From assembly GCA_021797915.1 (NCBI GenBank), contig JAJZYT010000005.1, positions 10,043 to 74,042 on the forward strand: a stretch of DNA of 64,000 nt. The letters run 5' to 3'. How positions within the stretch are numbered: the first letter of the stretch is position 1; the number at the start of each line of letters is the position of its first letter. This DNA comes from Thermoplasmata archaeon. GTDB taxonomy: Archaea; Thermoplasmatota; Thermoplasmata; Thermoplasmatales; GCA-001856825. The position numbers were made by a program, and so were the translations under genes. The notes under the pieces are model-generated. The model made no database searches. It was not told the origin of the DNA and worked only from the letters and a program-made list of their open reading frames with translations. Below are positions 56,551-64,000 of this stretch, piece by piece.

Positions 56551-57822
56551 ATGAATAAAATGGAAGATTTTCTGCTGAGCGACGAAGAAAGAAAGACAAA
56601 ATACGAGGTTAGGCGAGTAGTTAAGGCGGTACCTCACGAATTGATCAGAAAGATTGAAAGCGAAGAAATTGTATTTCCAAGAGAGTTTATAGATTTAGCT
56701 ACCAATGAAAGGACCGTAGGACTGAGATTTCCTGAAGAATATGGAGGTAGAGGCAGTTCCTGGGTTGGTGAAGCTTCTGCCGTTGAGGAGATGGGATACC
56801 TTGGTTTCACCCTGAGTTGTATGTATTCACTCGGAACTATCGTGGGCGAGCCGATCCACAGATTTGGAACGAGAGATCAGAAGGATAAGTACCTCAGGGG
56901 AATAACGAGCGGTAAAAAGTACGGCGCTGAAGCGATAACAGAGCCTTCTGGTGGTTCAGATTTGTTCGGTATGATGAAAACCAGTGCAGAGAAAAAGGGA
57001 AACAAATATTTGCTGAATGGACAAAAAAGATTCATCGTAGGTGGGAAGGGAGCGGACTTCTTTGTCACATATGCAATTACAGACAAGAACGCAAAGTCGA
57101 GGACGAGAGGCGTTAGTGCCTTCATTCTTGACAGGGATTCCCCTGGATTGAAAGTCGAAACCATGTATGGCCTCATGGGGAACAAGGGAGGGGGAACTGC
57201 AAGGTTAGTTTTCAAGGATGCTGAGATTCCAGAAGAAAACCTGATTGGCGAACTGAACGGAGGCTACGAAATATTTAACAGGATGATGGTCCCAGAGAGG
57301 CTGACCACTGCAGCGGGGTCTATCGGCGTTGGCACAGCTGCGATCGAGGTAGCTACTTCTTACGCACTGAAGAGAGAATCGTTCGGGAAAAAACTCATCG
57401 AACACGAAGGAATAAGTTTCAAACTTGCAGAAAGCGTTGCGTTGCTACAGAACGCTTCATCAATGGTCTACGTTGCCAGCAAGGCGGCCGATCAAATGGA
57501 GGTTGGTAAGACTGACCTCGCTTACGTCAGGAAACTCGTCTCTGTTGCGAAGCTTCAGTCCACGGAGGCCATGTGGAAAATCGTAAACGATTCTATGCAG
57601 ATGTTGGGCGGTATTGGATACACAACCGTCTATCCTGTCGAGAGGCTACTGAGGGATTCAAGACTAGGACTCATATGGACTGGAAGCAGCGAGGTGATGA
57701 AGCTGATAATACAACACGAATTCATCAAAGAATTTACCGATAGGAATTACGGCAGCACCAAACGTGAGATAGAGAAGGACGCACTGGATTTCAAACTTGA
57801 GGAGGAGAAAGTTTTCAACTGA
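56551..57822 (+). CDS. Acyl-CoA dehydrogenase
   Basis: 423 aa. It has ..AITEPSGGSD.. The C-terminal ..LIWTGSSEV.. has Thr at the usual catalytic Glu position, so the base may sit elsewhere, as in IVD-type enzymes. Confidence 0.85.
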   Translation: MNKMEDFLLSDEERKTKYEVRRVVKAVPHELIRKIESEEIVFPREFIDLATNERTVGLRFPEEYGGRGSSWVGEASAVEEMGYLGFTLSCMYSLGTIVGEPIHRFGTRDQKDKYLRGITSGKKYGAEAITEPSGGSDLFGMMKTSAEKKGNKYLLNGQKRFIVGGKGADFFVTYAITDKNAKSRTRGVSAFILDRDSPGLKVETMYGLMGNKGGGTARLVFKDAEIPEENLIGELNGGYEIFNRMMVPERLTTAAGSIGVGTAAIEVATSYALKRESFGKKLIEHEGISFKLAESVALLQNASSMVYVASKAADQMEVGKTDLAYVRKLVSVAKLQSTEAMWKIVNDSMQMLGGIGYTTVYPVERLLRDSRLGLIWTGSSEVMKLIIQHEFIKEFTDRNYGSTKREIEKDALDFKLEEEKVFN

Positions 57823-57853
57823 TCCAATTGACAGCTACGTTGCTATGAAAACC

Positions 57854-58285
57854 TCAGATTGAAAAGAATTCATAGCTGTAGTATCCTTCCTTCCTCTTGA
57901 CTGCCTTCAATTTCATTTTCATCCCAATCTTGATGCTAGAACGGTCCTCTGTATTCAACCAGGAGAGAATTCTCACTCCCTCCTTCAGGAGTCCGACCGC
58001 AACAACGTAGCTTCCTTCATTCACAAAAGAAGTAGGAACTACCTCAACTGTGGTAAAAGTTTCAAGGGATGCATCTCCTTCAAAATCAAACCACTCTGTG
58101 TTCTTAGTCATGCAAGTTGAACACTCAGTCTGAGGCGGAAAATACTTTCTTCCACATTCTTTGCATCTGGTCCCTCTGACTTTACCCTCTTCAAGACCTT
58201 CAAAGAATTTAATAATCTGGGATATTGGCATTCTGTATCTCAGGTCAAGCACTCTTCTGTCTTCAAGTACGGTGTCAATTGGCAT
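57854..58285 (-). CDS. DUF35 OB-fold / zinc-ribbon acyl-CoA-associated protein
   Basis: Zn ribbon CKECGRKYFPPQTECSTC, then an OB fold. It abuts the thiolase-like gene with no gap. Confidence 0.85.
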   Translation of the reverse strand: MPIDTVLEDRRVLDLRYRMPISQIIKFFEGLEEGKVRGTRCKECGRKYFPPQTECSTCMTKNTEWFDFEGDASLETFTTVEVVPTSFVNEGSYVVAVGLLKEGVRILSWLNTEDRSSIKIGMKMKLKAVKRKEGYYSYEFFSI

Positions 58286-59467
58286 TCAATCACCTCTGGA
58301 ATAAACAGTAACATATGCATAGTGGCCAGTCCCGCCAACGTTATGTTGAAGCCCTCTTCCTTTTCTGATGTCAGCTTGTCTTCCCTTTTCTGCCTCTCCC
58401 CTCAACTGTTTCGTTATCTCAACTGCCTGGCTGATTCCCGTAGCCCCTATTGGGTGACCCTTTGATTTCAGGCCACCATCTAGATTAGCAGGATATTTTC
58501 CATCCCTGTAGGTCTGGTGATCTCTGAGCAACTGAATCCCTTCACCTTTCTTTACTAGGCCAAGATCCTCGTATGCCATGACTTCTGCAATTGTGAAACA
58601 GTCGTGGACTTCAAAGATGTCGAAGTTGTTGGCCGCTCCATCTAATCCTGCCTTTCTATATGCAGCTTCTGCGGCTCTTCTGCTAGCTTCAAGGCCGGTA
58701 TAGTCATCTCTTCTCCCCATGTAGGCTGTCCCGGAAGCGTACCCTTGGGCTTCTACGTACACGGGAGTATCTGAGAGTTTCTTGGCTACGTCCCCTCTAG
58801 CGAGAACAACTGCGGCCGCACCATCTGTGATGGGAGAGGAATCCATCAACTTCAGTGGTCTGGATACATATTTGGACTTCATGCATTCTTCGACAGATGT
58901 TTCTTTTTGAAATTGAGCGTATGGATTCAAACTACCATAGTGGTGTGCTTTCACTGCAGCTTCGCAAAGGTCTTCTTCCCTGGAATGGTACGCATCAAGA
59001 TACTTAGTAGCATAGAGGGCATAGTACCCCGGAAATGTCATCCCGAAGTTCTCGAATTCCCAAAAGTAATTCCCTGCCCTGCCTATCAACTCGATGATCG
59101 TTCCATTCGGGGAGTTGTACATCTTTTCAATACCCATCGCAATCGCAATCTCGCTGTTCCCAGACAATATGCTATCGACAGCAATCTTGAGGGACGCACT
59201 CCCTGACGCACAGGCTGCCTCGGTTTTCAAGCTTCCGCAGGAAAGACCCGCATACTCCCCTATTGTTACTGCCGGAAGTATTTCCTCGCTCCAATAACCA
59301 AAATTCCCAACGGAATAGAAATCCACATCTTTCTGCGTCACTCCTGCGTCTTGAAGGGCGGGCTTTATCGCCTCCCATCCGAGTTCGTTTATGCTTACAT
59401 CGAGTCTCTTCCCGAATTTGGAATGTCCTACCCCAACAATTGCAACCTTTTCATCGTTAGATTTCAT
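58286..59467 (-). CDS. Thiolase-like protein (archaeal / SCPx-type)
   Basis: 393 aa. It has ..EAACASGSASL.. (nucleophile Cys) and ..GGLKSKGHPIGATG.. This is the typical partner of DUF35. Confidence 0.85.
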   Translation of the reverse strand: MKSNDEKVAIVGVGHSKFGKRLDVSINELGWEAIKPALQDAGVTQKDVDFYSVGNFGYWSEEILPAVTIGEYAGLSCGSLKTEAACASGSASLKIAVDSILSGNSEIAIAMGIEKMYNSPNGTIIELIGRAGNYFWEFENFGMTFPGYYALYATKYLDAYHSREEDLCEAAVKAHHYGSLNPYAQFQKETSVEECMKSKYVSRPLKLMDSSPITDGAAAVVLARGDVAKKLSDTPVYVEAQGYASGTAYMGRRDDYTGLEASRRAAEAAYRKAGLDGAANNFDIFEVHDCFTIAEVMAYEDLGLVKKGEGIQLLRDHQTYRDGKYPANLDGGLKSKGHPIGATGISQAVEITKQLRGEAEKGRQADIRKGRGLQHNVGGTGHYAYVTVYSRGD

Positions 59468-59603
59468 TGAGTCACCCGGCTGATGTTTTTCTTAATTCTA
59501 GTACGATATTTAACGTTCTTGATTAGGAGCAACAAGAGACAACTTAATATCCTATTTCTGGTAATGAGTTGGAAAGGGCAAAGAAAAGAAGAGGCGTAAT
59601 ATC

Positions 59604-60110
59604 ATGGAAGAAAAGACACCGAAGGAAACTGAGTCGTCGATATCTAGGGTAATGCTCCCTCCAGATGCCAACGTTGCAGGAAATGTATTTGGGGGTACCA
59701 TTTTGAAGATGATAGACGAGATAGCAGGAATAGTCGCTACAAAACACAGCCGCCGAAATTGTGTCACCGCCAACATAGAGCACATTGACTTCATCTATCC
59801 GGTGCACATAGGAGACCTTCTTGAATTGAAGGGCAGAATGAATTTTGTTGGAAGGTCGTCTATGGAAGTCGGGGTTGAGGTGTTCGCTGAAAACCTAGAG
59901 AGAGGAGATATCAATTTTGCTGGTAGGGCGACCGTAACCATGGTCGCACTCGATGATAGTGGTAAGCCAGTGGATGCACCTCAACTCAAGGTAGAGTCGG
60001 AAGAAGACAAAAAGTTGTTTCAGGCAGCGTTGAAGCGGTACCAAGAGAGGAGCAAACGCGTGAGCCTCATGAAAAAACAGGAAAAGGAACAGCTGGAACT
60101 GGACAAATAA
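59604..60110 (+). CDS. Acyl-CoA thioesterase (hotdog fold)
   Basis: ..LPPDANVAGNVFGGTILKMIDEIAGIVA.. Confidence 0.8.
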   Translation: MEEKTPKETESSISRVMLPPDANVAGNVFGGTILKMIDEIAGIVATKHSRRNCVTANIEHIDFIYPVHIGDLLELKGRMNFVGRSSMEVGVEVFAENLERGDINFAGRATVTMVALDDSGKPVDAPQLKVESEEDKKLFQAALKRYQERSKRVSLMKKQEKEQLELDK

Positions 60111-60157
60111 TCTTGTAAACTAGCTGTTTTTTATATATGGGTAAACAATGAGCAAAC

Positions 60158-60625
60158 ATGAACATTGGAGAAAGAGCACCGGACTTCGAATTGGTTGACA
60201 CGGAATTAAAGGTGGTAAGACTATCCAGCTTCGTTGGCCATCCCACTGTGCTGGTATTCTTCCCTGGAGCATTCACATCAGTGTGTACGCACGAACTGTG
60301 TACATTCAGGGACTCGATAGCAAAATTCAACAAACTCAATGCTACGGTCCTGGGGATAAGCGTCGACCAGCCTTTCTCGCTGGCCCAGTTCAAGAAAGAG
60401 AACAACCTGAGTTTCCAGTTGCTGAGCGATTTCACTGAGAGAGTGAGCAGACAATACGGTGGAGTTCACGAGAGTTTCGTCAACGTAAAAGGACTCAACG
60501 TTTCAAAGAGAGCCGTTTTTGTAATTGACAAAGGTGGAGTGGTTGCATACAAGTGGATCTCAGAAGATGCTAAGAAGGAACCAAACTATTCGGAAGTTGA
60601 GGAAGCAGTTGCAAAATTAGGGTGA
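60158..60625 (+). CDS. Peroxiredoxin (AhpC/TSA, Bcp-like)
   Basis: ..VLVFFPGAFTSVCTHELC.. peroxidatic Cys context. Confidence 0.85.
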   Translation: MNIGERAPDFELVDTELKVVRLSSFVGHPTVLVFFPGAFTSVCTHELCTFRDSIAKFNKLNATVLGISVDQPFSLAQFKKENNLSFQLLSDFTERVSRQYGGVHESFVNVKGLNVSKRAVFVIDKGGVVAYKWISEDAKKEPNYSEVEEAVAKLG

Positions 60626-60629
60626 ATTC

Positions 60630-61274
60630 TTGCTCTTTTTTATTAACTTTAAAGCTTACGAAGAATCTACAGGATCTGAAGCACTTAGATTGATAAGAAC
60701 AATTGAGAGGGAGTTCGGGAACAACAAATCCATCATTCTAGTTCTCAACCCACTCGATTCCATGATTGAAACCAAACTAGCCAAGTTCGCCCAGACTGCG
60801 GAACCCCATGAAGCCGGGCCATACACGGGTCACATCCCCATCGGCCTTCTGAGAAAATACTCTTATTCGGGAGTAATGCTCAATCACTCTGAACACAGGA
60901 TTGGTTTTGACGAGATTGGAGAATCGATCAAGATTGCTTCAAAACTTGGTCTCACTACACTTGTCTGCGCTGCAGACCTAAATGAGGTAGCGAAATTGAT
61001 ATCGTTAAAACCAGACTACATAGCCTATGAACCGCCAGAGCTGATTGGAGGAGATATATCTGTTTCAACAGCAAAGCCAGAAGTAATAGGCAAGGCGGTA
61101 AAACTTCTTAAGGGAACTGGTTCCAAGCTTATAGTTGGTGCGGGAATTAAAAACAAGAACGACGTTCGCATCAGCAAGACTCTCGGGGCTGAGGGGATAT
61201 TGGTAGCTTCAGGAGTTGTTAAATCCCCGAAGCCAATCAAGGTAGTCATCGAAATGATGAAAGAGGTATCATAA
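60630..61274 (+). CDS. tpiA: Triosephosphate isomerase, short archaeal type
   Basis: ..INFKAYEESTG.., ..MLNHSEHR.., ..AYEPPELIG.. 214 aa. Confidence 0.85.
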   Translation: MLFFINFKAYEESTGSEALRLIRTIEREFGNNKSIILVLNPLDSMIETKLAKFAQTAEPHEAGPYTGHIPIGLLRKYSYSGVMLNHSEHRIGFDEIGESIKIASKLGLTTLVCAADLNEVAKLISLKPDYIAYEPPELIGGDISVSTAKPEVIGKAVKLLKGTGSKLIVGAGIKNKNDVRISKTLGAEGILVASGVVKSPKPIKVVIEMMKEVS

Positions 61275-61556
61275 ATGGAGACATTTGACCGAGGCAAATT
61301 CGTTGTTGCAGATTACACGAGGGGGAAAGTAATGATTGCATCATTCTTCTTGGCTGCTTTCACCGGATTTCTTGTAGGACTTCAGACATCAACCCTCATC
61401 GGGATGCTACTTCTGTTTGTGGTACTGATTATAGCAATAACACTGGTCTCCAGGGCTAAACACGACACGAAGAAGAACACGGACTACATAATAGCGTTCG
61501 TCATAACGATGCTCGCATTCCTTGGTTTCTGGATTATATCACTCAACATTCCTTAA
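61275..61556 (+). CDS. Small 2-3 TM membrane protein
   Basis: 93 aa. It starts directly after the tpiA stop. Confidence 0.45.
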   Translation: METFDRGKFVVADYTRGKVMIASFFLAAFTGFLVGLQTSTLIGMLLLFVVLIIAITLVSRAKHDTKKNTDYIIAFVITMLAFLGFWIISLNIP

Positions 61557-62852
61557 TTGGGGAACTGCCCACTTTCCCAAAGAAGGAAAGAGAAATCCTT
61601 TTCTTATTCTTGGCGGAACAGAGCTGAGTTCCTTGCCAGATATTACTAGTATCTTGTTTTTATCGAAATCCCTTGAGAGCTTTATATTGGGTATTGCGTT
61701 GGCAATAGCAGCGGCGATGTCCCTTTCCTCTCTTTCCCTGAGCACACAGACCCTGTCCCCCAGCATGAAAGGCATCCCATATCTCGTTCCTTGACCCCAT
61801 TTTTCCAAGAAATCGGCCACGTTTGGACTAGTAACTGGAGGACCGATATGCACCGCCGTCTCACCGATAGGGGTAGAATCTGGGACTATGACAATGTAAC
61901 CACCCTTCTCAACGAATACGGATGAGTAGACCACTCGAAAACCCTTGTCTTCAACTTCACCGCGAAGAACTGAACTTATCCTTCTCAGGTTAGGTATTAG
62001 AACTTCCTCGTTGCATTTCGTGCACGGAATGTAGACTACTACCGCGTCCTTAGGAAGCCCAAATTCTCCACTTTTTGGGAAAAGGAAATCATTCCAGTTC
62101 TCCCAAGAGAATAGTCCCGCCGCCAAGATGAATGTCGCAAGGTTTTCTAGTGAAACGTTCGCAGCTGCATTTCGACCTGAATCGACTGGATCAACGATGA
62201 CCAAGTTAGCGTCGCTGAAGACCTTCTCGCCCTTATCGAGAATGCACGGGATCGACCAATTCTTCGCTTCCAATATGGTATTTTCAAAAGTCTTGTAACG
62301 ATTGATAAGGAGTTCCGCAACATAGCCAGAAAACCCCTGAACAGATGACTCTGCACCATAGGTCTGTATTCCCTTCAGAAACTGTTTAAGGATCCTGACT
62401 TCGTCCTTCATTTCATTTGTGAAATTCTCCGTAACAAATTTCACGTGGAATGGTGTCCTATCTACGGCAGTCTTGAGATCCTTGCCTGAAGAAGCTTTGT
62501 AGCCTGGAACTATATCGATCGAAAAAGAATTCTGAGGCAGCATAATGTATGGGTGATCCGAATACTCTTCCCTTCCTTCAGGAAACTCTTTCCGAAGTAT
62601 ACCCAGAATTTCAAAGGCGTTGAACTCCTCTGGGAAAAGCAAGAATATGTCAGCATCCGATCCCTTGATATCCGTACCCTTGGCGTAAGAACCTCCAAGA
62701 AATATATCGAAATTTAGCTTCTCTCTCTTCTTGAGACCCCTGAGAATATTTTCGATTTCTGCAATCTTTTCCAGCCTCTTTTTCCGCACGGCCGGCTTCT
62801 CCAGTATGCTCTCCAGTATCTTTCTCTTATCGATTTTCAATTCGTTCTTCAT
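61539..62852 (-). CDS. cca: CCA-adding tRNA nucleotidyltransferase (archaeal class I)
   Basis: ..FLGGSYAKGTDIKGSDADIFLLF.. 437 aa. Confidence 0.88.
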   Translation of the reverse strand: MKNELKIDKRKILESILEKPAVRKKRLEKIAEIENILRGLKKREKLNFDIFLGGSYAKGTDIKGSDADIFLLFPEEFNAFEILGILRKEFPEGREEYSDHPYIMLPQNSFSIDIVPGYKASSGKDLKTAVDRTPFHVKFVTENFTNEMKDEVRILKQFLKGIQTYGAESSVQGFSGYVAELLINRYKTFENTILEAKNWSIPCILDKGEKVFSDANLVIVDPVDSGRNAAANVSLENLATFILAAGLFSWENWNDFLFPKSGEFGLPKDAVVVYIPCTKCNEEVLIPNLRRISSVLRGEVEDKGFRVVYSSVFVEKGGYIVIVPDSTPIGETAVHIGPPVTSPNVADFLEKWGQGTRYGMPFMLGDRVCVLREREERDIAAAIANAIPNIKLSRDFDKNKILVISGKELSSVPPRIRKGFLFPSLGKWAVPQLRNVE

Positions 62853-63217
62853 TTTCCGGTCATCAGAGCGATTATTGCTTCTGCGGGCTTGTACCCATTT
62901 TTCCTTAATGCCTCGGCAGCTTTTTCCCTATCCACACCGGTTTTTTGCATCACCAAATTGAGATCTTCTTCGTTTATGTCAGAATTTTGGGTCTTGGGAA
63001 CTTCTCCAGCTGCTCCCGTTACTTCTTCTCCACCTACCACCTGATAAGTCCTTGTACCTTGAATATCCAATATTGTGACTTGCGGATTCTTAACTGAAAT
63101 CTTCTTCTCAGGAAATATGAAGTCGACCTGAACAACCCCATCCATATCGCTGGATTTGATGCCAGCCTGCTGCATCATTCGCCTGATTTGCCTCTCATTC
63201 ATTCTTCCGTTCATCAT
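62849..63217 (-). CDS. nac: Nascent polypeptide-associated complex protein (NAC + UBA)
   Basis: ..MQQAGIKSSDMDGVVQV.., a NAC beta-barrel and a C-terminal UBA-like segment ..REKAAEALRKNGYKPAEAIIAL.. Confidence 0.85.
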   Translation of the reverse strand: MMNGRMNERQIRRMMQQAGIKSSDMDGVVQVDFIFPEKKISVKNPQVTILDIQGTRTYQVVGGEEVTGAAGEVPKTQNSDINEEDLNLVMQKTGVDREKAAEALRKNGYKPAEAIIALMTGK

Positions 63218-63368
63218 AGAAATTATAATAACATAAAGCGATAATAGTTTTGCTAAATTGAAAAGATAAAAAATCTTAATAAATAAATATTGAAATAACG
63301 ATTAATTAAAGTGTTAAATAACAGGAATGTGATATATGTCTGACAGATAGTCAGGATAAGGATGTTAA

Positions 63369-63710
63369 ATGTCTGATCTACCAGACCAGTCTCGAATTAC
63401 TGTACGTCTATCCCTCGGGGCAGTTAACAAGATTAACGAGCTGATAGAGGAAGGTAAGTTCAAGAACATCTCTGAATTCATCAGAGAAGCTATAGAATCG
63501 CATCTTGACGAGCTTACCAGCTCCGGACCGTCTAAGAAAATGACACTTAGGCTACCGAGGAACGAAGTGGAAAATATAGACGTAATCGTTAATAAGGGAA
63601 TGGCTGTGGATGGTGAAGACCTGATCAGGACCGCAGTCAGAGATTACATCAGAGACAAAATAAGAGATCTAGAAAAGGAACAGCTGAGCAAGGCTGCTAA
63701 TAATGGCTGA
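63369..63710 (+). CDS. Ribbon-helix-helix (CopG-like) protein
   Basis: ..RITVRLSLGAVNKINELIEEGKFKNISEFIREAIESHL.. A second RHH-like repeat follows. Confidence 0.65.
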   Translation: MSDLPDQSRITVRLSLGAVNKINELIEEGKFKNISEFIREAIESHLDELTSSGPSKKMTLRLPRNEVENIDVIVNKGMAVDGEDLIRTAVRDYIRDKIRDLEKEQLSKAANNG

Positions 63711-64000
63711 AGCTAACCTTGGCAATATAAGGGTTCTAGGAGTCGGACACTTGGGTGTAGCGATAGCTTCTTATTTCAACGGTGACACTCTTACTTCCGG
63801 CCTTGATTACGACCCGGAGAGCATTAGAGACTGCAAGGTCGACAACGTCCTTCAACTGAAGGAATTTGATGGAAGTTACGGCCCCAAGCTAGAAGAAGTT
63901 CTAAGGAACGAGAGGAGTACAATCCTCGACAATTATTCTGCCAACGTCATATTTCTGGTTGCACAAATCGAAGGAAGGTTCCAAGAAGCTATAATACCTC
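63703..64000 (+). CDS. Partial ORF with an FtsZ/tubulin-like N-terminal strand pattern but degenerate nucleotide-binding motifs; it runs off the window
   Basis: Its ATG overlaps the RHH stop region. It has NIRVLGVGHLGVAIASYF (compare FtsZ I-K-V-I-G-V-G-G-G-G) and, ~73 aa later, NVIFLVAQIEGRFQEAIIP (compare MVFITAGMGGGTGTGAAP). Confidence 0.3.
   Translation, partial: MAEANLGNIRVLGVGHLGVAIASYFNGDTLTSGLDYDPESIRDCKVDNVLQLKEFDGSYGPKLEEVLRNERSTILDNYSANVIFLVAQIEGRFQEAIIP

Noticed and set aside
1-64000. CRISPR arrays, rRNA genes, IS elements and large direct repeats.
   Set aside because: Scanning the intergenic regions by eye showed no regularly spaced direct repeats, no rRNA-like conserved stretches and no transposase-like ORFs.

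Overview
This is an archaeal chromosomal segment. The archaeal hallmarks are a class I CCA-adding enzyme, NAC, a short archaeal-type TIM, Nep1, a Pcc1-like ORF, split methylmalonyl-CoA mutase, DUF1628-type pilin-like proteins and tRNAs without encoded CCA. The very sequon-rich secreted and membrane proteins suggest, by inference only, a cell-wall-less Thermoplasmata-like lineage. Positions 1-16.9 kb hold housekeeping and transport genes (pepA, purD, Mrp/ApbC, ABC-2/PadR, two tRNA-Arg). Positions 33-64 kb form a core metabolic block: split MCM, aconitase, an MMPL/RND protein and a large fatty-acid beta-oxidation supercluster. That supercluster contains SCP2, an HACD-ECH fusion, EtfAB plus a membrane Fe-S EtfD-like oxidoreductase, 3-4 ACADs, two thiolase types, an acyl-CoA ligase and a thioesterase, followed by Prx, TIM, cca and nac. 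The most unusual part is a ~16 kb accessory segment starting right after tRNA-Arg(GCG), at about 17-33 kb. It contains two diverged, mutually inverted copies of a cassette that I cannot assign to any characterised family. Each copy has a helical ~140-aa protein (X), then a ~400 bp spacer, then a conserved palindromic operator. Downstream of the operator, and divergently oriented from X, lie an unlisted 31-33 aa transmembrane micropeptide ending in GGG and two paralogous CCHH zinc-knuckle plus winged-helix proteins (A and B). The two copies bracket a cargo of efflux, esterase, oxidoreductase and pilin-like genes. No CRISPR array, rRNA, integrase or transposase was seen.
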